From: Eledone cirrhosa
Taxonomy: Eukaryota
Assembly: GCA_964016885.1 (NCBI GenBank)
Contig: OZ024740.1
Location: 284,952,001 to 285,016,000, forward strand
Reading direction: 5' to 3'
DNA: 64,000 bases
Within the stretch, counting starts at the first letter, position 1; each line of letters starts with the position of its first letter. Under the pieces are notes generated by a model. That model was not told the DNA's origin. It did no database searches and saw nothing but the letters and a program-made list of their open reading frames with translations. Below, piece by piece: positions 39,558-51,360 of this stretch. The translations under genes and the position numbers were made by a program.

Positions 39558-40129
39558 CAATTTCCATCTACCAAATTCCACTCACAAGACAAAGTCAAGA
39601 CCCAAAGAGCCATACCTTGAGGTCAAAGCCAAGACAAGGTAGTTGTGAAGCAAACTTCTTAACCACATAGTCATGCCTACACCTATATAAATGGTAGATA
39701 TTTGTGTGAAACAAAAGAACGAAGAAACAATATCGTCTCTCCTTGAAAAGCAGGTTGGCTTCTTCAGAAGAATGAGTTAAAAATAATATAGACTGGTTAA
39801 TATTTAATACAAAAATACAAACTATGAGGTCACAAATATGACTTGTGAGAAATCGATTTAAACTGTACTTGAATGTACAATGGAATTTGCCTTCCCAAGC
39901 AGTTGATATACATGTGTGATTTAATATTATCATATACATAATAGTGTAGAGAGTTGGTGTAAACACAATCACAATCAAAGCTAAGTGCTAACAAAACATT
40001 TTTGTTTTATTTTGTTTTTTTAATGAAAAGGGCCAAATGAATGCTCAAAAATACATTTTCCAGCTATAAGCTAGCTTTATTTGACAAAGGATATTGAGAA
40101 ACTATCAAGTCTAAAATGAATAATAAAGA

Positions 40130-40550
40130 CAAGCATGTGTAGTGTGTATATTGATATTATACGCAAGTATATATGCATGTAGATATGATACATAAAATAA
40201 AATCGTAATTGACAATATACACAGAAATTGAACGAAGACTGCGTTACACTGTCTTATTTAATCAGTAACGTAATCCATGATACATTAAAAAAAGGCGATA
40301 TATAAAAACTGCATTAGGAGAAAATTAGTGACGGAAATATATGAATGTTTATTTAAGCGATCGCTAACCGGAAGTGTTGAAATTTGAAAATTTTAAAGAA
40401 GTGAATCTTAAAATAAGCAACAAAATTATTTATATTTAATCAAGAATCACGAAATTTAGTAGATAAATTATGAAATATTCATTCATTATTTATTCAAAGT
40501 AATCCAACTTATTTTACAAATGGGGAAAAAAAAAATATTCTGGACAGTCC
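40130..40550 (-). repeat. interspersed repeat; inverted, uninterrupted paralog of 43050-43429 + 44362-44420
   Basis: Reverse complement aligns continuously across the point where the 43430-44361 Helitron is inserted in the other copy. The motif ttcacttcttt...aacacttccggtta also occurs at 14331-14370. Confidence 0.75.
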
Positions 40551-41856
40551 TGCACTCCTTACTTTATTATAGTTTAGATTTAATGAAATTGTACATACCA
40601 CTTCCCTTTTTTTTTTTTTACAAGGCACAGGGCCAATTATTTTCTCGACAGACAATCAAATGAATGAGCTGCAGTATATTACAGCTATAGATTTCATTAA
40701 TCACTCCTTTCGGAGAGATGAAAGGCAAAGGTAACAGCTGATGGGATTTTAATGCATACAGTATAAGAGTAAAACTAAATGCTATCATGCATTTAGTCTT
40801 GTACTGTACCATTTCTGATAACTTGCCACTTTTCATTGTACTATACATTGATTAAATACATGATTAAAATTCTTGTGATTTAAAAAAGATTTTTTTATAT
40901 TGGTAAAATCATTAGAGCATCAAACAGATGAGTAGCAGTGTTCTGGCTCTTTACGTTCTGAGTTCAAATACTGCCAAGGTCAACAAAATAAAGTACCAGT
41001 AAAGAACTGGGGTCGATATAATCGACTTTCCACTCCCTACAAGTTGCTGGTTTGGAGCCTAAATTAGAAATCTTGGTAGTAGCAGTAGAGGGTCGGGTGC
41101 GATGCTTTGACGCATAGAGTTATGGCCCTTTCCATTCTGAGTTCAAATCGTGCCAAGGTTAACTTTGCCTTTCATCCTTACGAGGTCGATAAAATAAAGT
41201 ACCAGTAATGCACTGGGATAATTGCCGGCTTTGTGCCAAAAGTAGAAACAATTATTTTCATTACTAGAAATAAATAGAAAATATATGATTCCACAATTAA
41301 TCAAGCTGGATATACAGCAGTTTGTTTTCTCTTTCCCTTCACAAAGATAAACTGAATGAATCAACTATTGTGAAACTTTTTGATGTGATGATTCCTAACC
41401 ATTGAAAAAAATCATTTGAGGTGATTCCAACATGACTGACGAAAGATTGGCAAGCTTTCAGCTGAAGCAATGGCTACAACAAAAACAAAGAATTTCCCAT
41501 AAACTTCTGAATTTGTAAATAACAAAATTGGTTTAACAAGAAACATATGATAGTGATTAAAACAAAGTTAAGATTTGCATTGGTATGCACTGATATGGAT
41601 TCACAAAGAAAACTAACAAGAAAAGATTAGCAGTAGTGTAATCAGTGAAAATTCAAGAAAAGAAAAATCAATGTGTGCATATTAACCCATTTAATTTCAC
41701 AATGAAGGAACGAACCTCTTCAAGGTGACTTGATCTGTGAAAAATTGCAACCAAAAATTCTCTCAAATCTTACTATATCATCTTTCATCTTTAAAAAGAT
41801 AAGAATACATGAAGAGGGAACTTTTATGATGTTGCTTGATCTGCTAAGAATAGCAA

Positions 41857-42433
41857 TCAAATATATAAAACTGAGGATGTCTGTCTGTGTGTGTGTGAGT
41901 TTGAATCCCTAAAACTCGAGAACCAACCAACCGACTGTTTTCAAACTTTACACCTGTAATTCGTATGTTTCACAAAATGTTCTGAGCAAAAAAAATTTCA
42001 AATTTTCAATGCCCTAGGGACCGGACCGCCTTAGGCGATTTAACGATCTCTCTCTATAATTCTTAGTCTTTCTCTTTTTAGATAGATACATACATATAAC
42101 GTCCCGCCCTTATAATATCTGTCTGTATGTCTCGCTGTCTGCATTACGTCACTTCCTTGAGGATGTCTGTGTGTGTGTGTGTCTGTGAGTTTGAATCCCT
42201 AAAACTCGAGAAGTACCCAACCGATTTTCTTCAAACTTTACATGTGTATTACTTATGTTTCAGGGAGTGTTATTCACATAGAAAAACTTTTTGATCTCAT
42301 GAGGTGAAAAACTGCGTTTTTTAAGCTTTTTATGGTTTTTTTGAGGCATTACGTCAGACCAATTTCCTTGAAATTGTAACTATGTATTAGTCAATCTCTT
42401 CTTCATACCGTAAGCAAAGGGTACCACTGCTAG
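41857..42433 (+). mobile_element. non-autonomous Helitron
   Basis: A|TCaaatatataaaactgaggatgtctgtctg start and ...gggtaccactgCTAG|T end. Internal ~115-bp direct duplication (41872-41990 / 42159-42270). Confidence 0.75.
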
Positions 42434-43429
42434 TCTAAAATAAAAGATACATACAAAAATACAGAATGCCTTTGATCACAGGTATGTTTTATTGTGGTTG
42501 ACCTTAGGTTAAACAACAGCAACCAATTCATAGCTACAACCATGTTTGCAATGGTTATAATATATTAAAATCACAATGGAAATAAACAACAAAAGAAGGT
42601 ATAAAATATATTAAGAAACAAAATTAGATACAGCTATTTTCAAGTTCAATATTCTGAAGTTGGCTTTATATTATTTTCTTTTAGCTTATTGACGCCTGAA
42701 TTGGTTGAAAAAAAGATAATAGAATGAGTGTTTCTATCAAGGACAAAATCCTTAACAGGAACTGAACTTAGCCCTGGAAACTATTGAAGAAAAACTTGTT
42801 AACAATAGTGGGTTCCTACTGTATGTAGCGCTGACTGTGGTATTCAATTACTGCTAAGAAGATTGAGCCAATGAAAGTTCAGCGTTTTAACTGTGAATAG
42901 AACAAAACGCAATTGGCAAGATACAAACCAGTGACCCTTTAGCTCCTAACCTGAAACCCTACTGATTGGGTCAGCAATACTACATATGGTTTTACTACTG
43001 ATGAAAAAAAAGTTTTCACTTCAAAATCTTAACTATAATAAAGAAAGGAGTGCGGGACTGCGTCCAGAATATATTTTTTGTCCCGTTTGTAAAATAAGTT
43101 GGATTACTTTGAATAAATAACGAATGAATAGTACATAATTTATCTACTAACTTTTGTAACTCTTGATTAAATATAAATAATTTTATTGCTTATTTAAAGA
43201 TTCACTTCTTTAAATTTTTCAAATGTCAACACTTCCGGTTAGCACCTGTTATATTATAACACATAAAGACATCGCATATATTTCCATCGCTAATTTTCTC
43301 CTAATACAGTTTATATATAATATCATCTTTTTTAAATGTGTCATGGATCACTTTACTGATTGCAGAAGAGGGTGTAACACAGTCTCTCTTCAATTTCTGT
43401 GGATATGTCAATTACGATTTTATTTGACA

Positions 43430-44361
43430 CTAGCAGCAGGATCCAGTGTTGCACTGGGTAGGAAACATGAAATAGCAACAGATGTATGCAAAGATTGAGG
43501 AATGTAGCTGTGTAATTTTTGAATTCCCTTATTCTCAGGGAATGATTGAGGAGCGACGTAGTCGATTGTGTGAAAACCAAGTAGGGATGTACGTTTAAGT
43601 AGGGATATTGAGATGACAAAATCAGCATGGCAACGCAGCTGCAGCAGAAGGGGGTCATAGTGCAATTAGCACAAATGCTGGGCGGCACTGGTTGCACTGC
43701 ATTTACACAGCAACAAAGGTGCGACAAAAGGGGTCACCGTGGAATTAGCACAACCGCTGTTCGGCGTACTTGTGCAGGGCAGTCATACTGTGGTGTAGGT
43801 GCAACAAAAGGGGTCTTAGTAGAAGTAGCACAGGTGTGAGTTTTACAGTGTCAATAACACAGCAATGTACACAGGGCCCGGAGTTGCGCATGATGAAAGC
43901 ACGGAGCGTCAACAAGGCACCACAAAAATTTTAAGGTCCTCCTCATTTCCTCAATCCCCTGAAAATGGTCCTGCTTAAAAGTAAGTAAGTGTTGTGTCCT
44001 CTGTTAAATAAACCAAATTTTTAACGAAATATTATACGCTACTTATGATGTTTAAGTAGCGTTTATATTGAAAATGAAAATGGCTTGTAATAGCCAATGC
44101 TAATTCGTAAATTTCCTAGAAACCATTAATGGAATCAGAAATTTTGGATGCGAGGGGACTAACTAATGTGTGCTGCAAATTTCGAGGAAATCGGCTGGAT
44201 TATCTTTAAGTTACGCCTCAAAAGGCCTAAAAAATGCGGTTTTTCGCCTAATGCAGAAAAAGATAAAATGTTTAGCCCATTGCACTTCAAGAAATATAAG
44301 TAACACATGTGTGGATTTACACAGACAGACAGACATCCTCTGTTTTATATATATATAGAGA
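43430..44361 (-). mobile_element. non-autonomous Helitron
   Basis: Minus strand A|TCtctatatatatataaaacagaggatgtctgtctg...cccagtgcaacactgga hairpin...CTAG|T. The empty site is seen in the paralog at 40130-40550. Confidence 0.88.
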
Positions 44362-45891
44362 TATCATATCTACATGCATATATATATTTGCGTATAATAT
44401 GAATATGCACACTATAAATGCTAGCAGAAAACCACCCTTCGGGTGGTTTTTCTGCTTGTTACAATGCATATTTGAATAAAAAAAACGTTATATCAGTGGC
44501 CTTCACAATTGTATAACAAAGAGAATACCAGAATGAATATTATAAAGTAAGTTGAAAATGAGATACCAAGTATGGAAATAGACAAATAAGTTGTGTGTGT
44601 GAGTACAAATGTATGTGAGTATGAAAGAGAGTAGGTGAGACAAAAATGTAAAAATCTGCTAAGATCATAATTGTTTCTACTTTTGGCACAAGGCCAGAAA
44701 TTACCCAGTGCATTACTGGTACTTTTATCGACCCCGTAAGGATGAAAGGCAAAGTTAACCTCGGCGGAATTTGAACGGCCGTAACTCTATACGTCAAAGC
44801 ATGGCGTCCGACCCTCTACCGATACTGCCAATCCATTTGCTAATATCATAATGAGGACAAGATTGATATTTAGTTTTGTAAAAGAAAAAAAAAATGTAAT
44901 CCCTAGGGAAAATTGAACAACAAAAAAGATGTGGTCTCAACATATCTTTTGATACTGATTATATATATATATATATCATCATTCTACGTTCGCTGTTCCA
45001 TAACTGCATGGGTTGGACAGGTCTTTCTCAGTACACCATCTCATCCCTTGTCATGTTCCTTTAATAAATAAATAGCTAGGTATACAGATAGATAGACACA
45101 CAGACAAATAGATAAGCAGGTAGGTAGATAGTGAGGCAGTTAGGTAAGCAACAGACAGACAGATACATAAGTAAATAGAAGGATAGATGCACAGAAAGAT
45201 AGAGAAATGGAAAACAACCAAATAGGTAGGTAGATGAATAGATGTTGTACTCAAAGACCTACACAGAGGTGGATGTATGTCTAGTCAACATTGTGTATGA
45301 GAGAATGAGAAAGGGAAAAAGACACTAAAGCACATGCACACATTACCACTTCCTAGACAAACTATCTATCACAAAATGGCTGTCATGTGATCACATTTTT
45401 ATAATGGTGTGTGTAACTATTTTATAATATTATCCATGATTATACTAAGCAACTTATATACAATGATATCGGCCATTGTAGAAAAGATGACATTAAATAT
45501 TGATGATGTTACAATGTATGTATCAATATACTATATACAGAGTGAGAGAGTTATTTTATACATAAAATTCACAATATGAAGCACTTGTATCAAAAGGTAC
45601 CCAGTCCATCCTGTAAAGTGGTTGGAATCAAGAAAGACATCCATTTATAGAAAATGGAGCCAAATACAGATTGTATGAGCAAAACAAGGACACCTGACGT
45701 GGCCTCATAACCTGACAGCCTGTCTAATCCATGGTGATGATAATGATGATACAAATGATATTCTAATTAATAATAGATTTTCATGACATTGACGACTCTC
45801 ACCCACTTTTAATATACCTTTCTTCACTCTCTTGGCTTCAGCAAGTAGCTACCTATTACAGTCTCTCTTTCATTAGGGGATTGGTAAATCT

Positions 45892-45934
<43 letters not shown>

Positions 45935-45937
<3 letters not shown>

Positions 45938-46275
45938 TTCATCATCATTTCATTTTACGTCTGCTTTTCCCTGCTTACAAGGGTGGGACGGGAACAGATT
46001 CTGGCTTGATTTCTACAGCTAGATGCCTTTCCTAACACCAACCTCATTTACAGTGAGTGCTCGGTGCTTTTTTGCCGTGGCACCTCCACGACCACTTTGC
46101 AGTGGAATGATAGGGACCCCAGTCCCTATCATCTCATTTCTACAGCTGAGGAAACTGGAGCAATGTGAAATAAAGTGTCTTGCTCAAGGAAACAACACAT
46201 CACCCGGTCTGAGAATTGAACTCACAACCTTTCGATTGCAAGACCAATGCTCTAACCACTAAGCCATGTGCCTCC
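45935..46275 (-). mobile_element. tRNA-head SINE with RTE-derived tail (family B)
   Basis: A box tggcttagtgg, B box gagttcaattc, CORE-like ccttgagcaagacacttt, tail ggttggtgttaggaaaggcatctagctgtagaaa and (ATG)n. Flanked by (TA)n. Confidence 0.9.
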
Positions 46276-46330
46276 ATATATATATATCAATGATATTTAT
46301 AACTGGAGACTATATTTATAAAACCATATT

Positions 46331-46391
46331 TATTCTATTATATATATTTCAAGGGTACCAAAACTTTGGTACGCTCTCATCAGATAAAATA
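46331..46391 (-). ncRNA. intact minimal type I hammerhead ribozyme
   Basis: tattttat-CTGATGA-gag-c-gtaccaa-agtt-ttggtac-c-ctt-GAAA-t-atat-a-TA^atagaata. 8-bp stem I, ~10-bp stem II, minimal stem III with palindromic ATAT loop, AUA cleavage triplet. Lies in a ~165-bp element between (TA)n runs. Confidence 0.85.
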
Positions 46392-46868
46392 CAAAATTTG
46401 TTTTATAAATAGTGACATACCCAGGAATCGGACCTTAACGGTTCAAGTTCCGTATATATATATATACATATATATATATATTGTAACTCTCAGATACGAG
46501 TTACAAGTCGGGAAAGCCACACAGCTCTCCATCTCTATTAACCTTTGAAAATCATGAAACTTGTGAAACTAGTAAAGTTATAAATTATTGTAAATAAACC
46601 TTCTTTAAAGTCTCCAATTGCATTTTCAACTTCTTTTTCCTAGATACGTGTGTGTGTGTGGTTATTACCAGGAAGGGCAGCCTGCTGTAAATATTGCCTC
46701 AAAATGTCCTGTTCAACCCATGCTAGCATAGAAAAGTCGATGGAAAAACAATGAAGATAAGGATAAACACACACACATATATATGGTAACTATAGAAGAG
46801 GAAGACCTAAGAAAACTTGGGATGAAGTGATAAAAGCTGGCCTTGCCAAATTAAACCTCACAAAGGAG

Positions 46869-48604
46869 GGCTCTGTTCTTAGCCCCCTACTATTTATTAT
46901 TGCCCTTCAGGCTATAACAGAGGAGTTCAAGACCGGCTGCCCATGGGAACTCCTATACGCAGATGATCTAACGCTCATAGCTGAATCAATGACCGAACTA
47001 GAGAAGAAATTCCAAACATGGAAGCACGGCCTAGAATCAAAAGGCCTTAAAATTAACCTGGCTAAGACTAAAGTTCTAGTTTGTAGGAAAGAAAATAGGG
47101 CGGCGGTCCCTTCCGGGAAATGGCCATGCTCAGTGTGTAGGAAAGGCGTAGGTAGAAACTCCATTTTATGTCCCCAATGCAAAGTATGGGTGCATAAAAG
47201 ATGTAGTGGGATCACAGGTAAGCTAACTAAGAACATAGATTTTACATGTGGCCGGTGCTCTGGTGCAATAAGTAGCAGCAAGTGCCCACTAAATACTAGC
47301 TCTTTCAATTGCGCAGAGGGTTCTATAGAAATAGTGGACAGCTTCCGTTACCTGGGTGACAAAATCAGCAGTGGGGGAGGGTGCTCTGAAAGTACAGTAG
47401 CTAGAGTCAGAACTGGATGGAAAAAGTTCAGAGAGCTTATACCACTATTAGCTGCTAAAGGGTTCTCCCTAAAAATGAAAGGCAGGTTGTACGATGCCTG
47501 CATACGAACAGCAATGCTGCATGGCAGTGAGACCTGGGCATTGTGTGCAGAGGATATACGCAGACTAGAGAGGAACGAAGCTTGCATGCTCCGCTGGATG
47601 TGAACGGCTAAGCATAAACGAACTAAGCAAAAAATTAGAAATAAGAGGGATCAGATGTTGTTTACTCGAGAGAAGGCTACGTTGGTACGGTCACGTGATG
47701 CGCATGAAAGACGACAGCTGTATAACAAAGTGCAGGGCAATAAAGATAGACGGTAGCCACGGAGTAGGCAGACCCAGAAAAACCTGGGACGACATGATAA
47801 ATTCCGACCTCACACGCTTACACATCTCCAAGACAATGTCACTAGACCGAGACCTTTGGCGGTACTCAGTAACAGAGAAGACCCGCCTTACCTAAATATA
47901 TAGTAAAACCTACTCCAGCCAGTAGGCATCTCTATCAAAATACACCCCCGTCCCACCACCCCCACCCCATACACACCGCCCCTGTCAATGTAAAGTTATG
48001 TTGGTGCCACAACATCCAGGCCGAAACAAATGAGGTCGTGTAGGTGTCACGACAAAAAAACACACAGTCCACGCTGTAATGTGGCCGTGTAGGTAACACG
48101 GTAAAAACCTCCCAGCCCCACACTGTAAATGTGGTTGGTGTTAGGAAGGGCATCCAGCTGTAGAAAACCTGCCAGACAGTCCATGCTGTAATGTGGCCGT
48201 GTAGGCAACACGGTAAAAACCTCCCAGCCCCACACTGTAAATGTGGTTGGTGTTAGGAAGGGCATCCAACTGTAGAAAACCCGCCAGACAGTCCACGCTG
48301 TAAATGTGGCCGTGTAGGCAACACGGTAAAAACCTCCCAGCCCCACACTGTAAATGTGGTTGGTGTTAGGAAGGGCATCCAACTGTAGAAAACCCGCCAG
48401 ACAGTCCACGCTGTAAATGTGGCCGTGTAGGCAACACGGTAAAAACCTCCCAGCCCCACACTGTAAATGTGGTTGGTGTTAGGAAGGGCATCCAGCTGTA
48501 GAAAACCCGCCAGACAGTCCTATGCGAGCAAGACAACCACTCTTGCCTCAAGTGGGAAAACCCCCGTCCAAACCCATGCAGGCGTGGAACACGGACGCTA
48601 AACC

Positions 48605-48633
<29 letters not shown>
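46869..48633 (+). mobile_element. 5'-truncated young RTE LINE nested in an older RTE 3' end
   Basis: RT from GSVLSP through YADD, PHD and C-terminus. TSD aaaggag at 46862-46868 and 48634-48640. The older element resumes after it (gatgacag..gacctctgg...aagaccc). Confidence 0.95.
48065..48514 (+). repeat. 4 tandem copies of a 112-113-bp unit in the LINE 3' UTR
   Basis: Unit starts at 48065, 48177, 48289 and 48402, each beginning cagtcc. Other LINE copies carry one unit. Confidence 0.95.
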
Positions 48634-48635
<2 letters not shown>

Positions 48636-49240
48636 AGGAGATGACAGGATCAAGACCTCTGGCATCATGCTGTACTACAGAAGACCCACCCCCTCATGCA
48701 CAAAGTGAAACAAACATGCAGGGGTCACACTAGCTTGCGTCAATCCCCCCCTCCACTGCTTTAATACACAGATCACATCTAAATATCCCATGCACCTAAT
48801 TGATGTTGAACTCACTTACCTGTCCCCACTTGCCCTGGTTCACCTCACCTGCGCAGTCCATGTAAGAAAGACAGGCTTGACATCTGACCTCCCACAATGC
48901 CATACCATGACAAAAAGCACAAAGTCGACCCTCCATGCTGATCTGACACCAGAACAACAATAGCACCCAGTCCATCCAGTAAAATGATCATAATGGTGAC
49001 ACGAGAAAAAGCACCCAGTCCACCCTGTAAGGTTGTTGTTTTGGTGCCATGATAGAAAGCACCCACTTCATACTGTAATGTGGTTGTTGTTAGGAAGGGC
49101 ATCCAGCTGTAGAAACAAAGTCAAAATACAGATCTGTATGAACAAGACCTGGTCTCTAGACCTGATTTGTCTAACAACTTGACAACCTGTCTAATCCATG
49201 CAAGCATGAAAAATGTACATTAAGTGATGATGATATGTAA

Positions 49241-49316
49241 ACATACACAAATACTTATATATACACACATACACAAATACTTATATATACACACATACAC
49301 AAATACTTATATATAC
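49241..49316 (+). repeat. 26-bp minisatellite x3
   Basis: acatacacaaatacttatatatacac repeated about three times. Confidence 0.9.
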
Positions 49317-49392
49317 CAAGCGTGAACCTAATATAACTGTGTTAAAATTGCCTCCTATGTTTTGTTTGTTTCATTTATTAACTATATATATA

Positions 49393-49590
49393 TAGGAAAA
49401 GAGTGAGAACCCCAATGGTTGAGCTCCGGCCGTTTCAACAGCTAGATCGGAACTCGGTTCAGATCTAGCTGTCGAAACGGCCGGAGCTCAGCTGTCGAGG
49501 TTCCGACTCTTCCTATTACCCATTCTACTACCCTAAATATTGAGTACTCTGGTGCGTTATGATCCACCTGGTATCTAACCACACCCATTG
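49393..49590. mobile_element. (TA)n-embedded fold-back mini-element
   Basis: 34-bp arms 49420-49453 / 49457-49490 with two mismatches, plus outer arms 49393-49411 / 49499-49515. Contains GAAAC-GGCC-G. (TA)n on both sides. Confidence 0.7.
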
Positions 49591-49633
<43 letters not shown>

Positions 49634-49676
49634 CATAAATATATACATATATAAACATATAAATATATACATATAT

Positions 49677-50027
49677 GGAGGCACATGGCTTAGTGGTTAG
49701 AGCATTGGCCTTGCAATCGAAAGGTTGTGAGTTCAATTCTCAGACCGGGTGATGTGTTGTTTCCTTGAGCAAGACACTTTATTTCACACTGCTCCAGTTT
49801 ACTCAGCTGTAGAAATGAGATGATAGGGACAGGAGTCCCTATCATTCCACTGCAAAGTGGTCGTGGAGTTGCCACGGCAAAAAAGCACCGAGCACTCACT
49901 GTAAATGAGGTTGGTGTTAGGAAGGGCATCCAGCTGTAGAAATCAAGCCAGAATCAGTTCCCGTCCCTCTCTTGCAAGCAGGGAAAAAGCAGACGTAAAA
50001 TGAAATGATGATGATGATGATGATGAT
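49677..50027 (+). mobile_element. tRNA-head SINE with RTE-derived tail (family B)
   Basis: Near-identical inverted copy of 45935-46275. Begins right after (TA)n and ends in (ATG)n. Confidence 0.9.
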
Positions 50028-50329
50028 ACTCACTGTGTAATAGGGAAGAATGATGATAATGACTTACATATATATATATATGTATTATCAAGCTATGTAT
50101 GTGATTGATCAGATAAGAATAGTGAATTAGTTCATAGGCACAAAGTTGTACCTTTAATCTATTTCTATCTAGATAGCTGAAAATCACATCTCATGATTAC
50201 ATAGCACATTAGCATACTTTATGCCCCACAACAGACACATATGAATTTGCCAACTCTATTCAACTGAACACTGACACTAAACAAATTGCTATCATAGAAT
50301 AACCTGCACATCAGTTTTATCTTTTTCTA

Positions 50330-51360
50330 ATACATCTCTATCATACATTATATTTGTGAGATCTTACTTCATTTCCCTCCACATATCCTCAGCATTCACT
50401 GCCCATGCAATATCACACATCATGCACAAGCATCATATAGCCAGCCTTTTATTTGTAAACAAAAACCCTTTGTTGTCAACAGGGATAGTATCATTTTAAA
50501 CACACATTTCCCCCAACAACATTTTGATTCACACTGACACACTGCTTTGCAATGCTAAACACCTCCCACTTTCAGCATCTTTGCATGCTATATATACCTG
50601 TCATCTAGCTTCTCTTTTACCTACCTGATATTGATCTTTGCTACCCTCATTTTTCCAGTCTTTCCATGACTGTCTCTTGGCTTTAATGGCTCTAGCCCAA
50701 GTGCTTTTCCACTGCCATGTCACCCTCTGTCTGGCTGGAGCTTTGCTCCAGTTATGGGGCATGTCAACAACCTGCAGTAAGTTGTGATACATGTCAGAGG
50801 ACGATTGAAATTTCATATCTGATTCATCCTCCCTCCCATCGTTAGTTCATCTACATCACAGAATACTAGGAGTTTTACTCCCTCGTCATTCTCATGTCAT
50901 AACCACAGCCACTGCACACTCCAGTGTAACCATCCTAGTGTTGTCCAATGTATCCATTGAAGACGTCAGCTAGAATAATGACATTTTGTCATCTGTAGCT
51001 AAAGTTGTCTGTAAGAGTTCCTAATAGAAATAATCCTTCTTTACTTAATCCTGATTATGGTACATAAGTAGAGATAACTGCCTATGACTATTCTGAGCTT
51101 GATAAATCTGTCACTTACTTTAACTATCTCAATATATATCCATCTTTCAGCTAGTAGAATGCCTACTCCACCTCCTGCATTTTCATTTCCTACACAAAAA
51201 AACATATCTATGCTGATTACCTGTGAATAGTCATGCTGAGGCAGCCCTCCATCTCACCTCATGAACACATCAAACATCAACTCATCTCTTTTCAAGCATC
51301 TGGATCTACCTTTCAGTGTGTTCACATTAAGACTAGAGGCCTGAGATGTGTTACTGACTG
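50330..51360 (-). mobile_element. heavily degraded RTE LINE pieces
   Basis: ORF 50601-50816 RQRVTWQWKS...AIKAKRQSWKDWKNEGSKDQYQVGKREAR matches 27040-27170. Endonuclease remnants at 50900-51340. Confidence 0.75.

Noticed and set aside
44421-44456. GC hairpin followed by a T-run, resembling a bacterial intrinsic terminator
   Set aside because: Eukaryotic context. On the minus strand it is a hairpin plus CTAG, i.e. a Helitron-type 3' end.
48065-48514. Regular repeats suggestive of a CRISPR array
   Set aside because: Whole units repeat with no unique spacers. They are LINE 3' UTR duplications, and there are no cas genes.
49677-49750. tRNA gene
   Set aside because: A and B boxes are present, but the sequence continues into a SINE body and LINE tail and does not form a proper acceptor stem.
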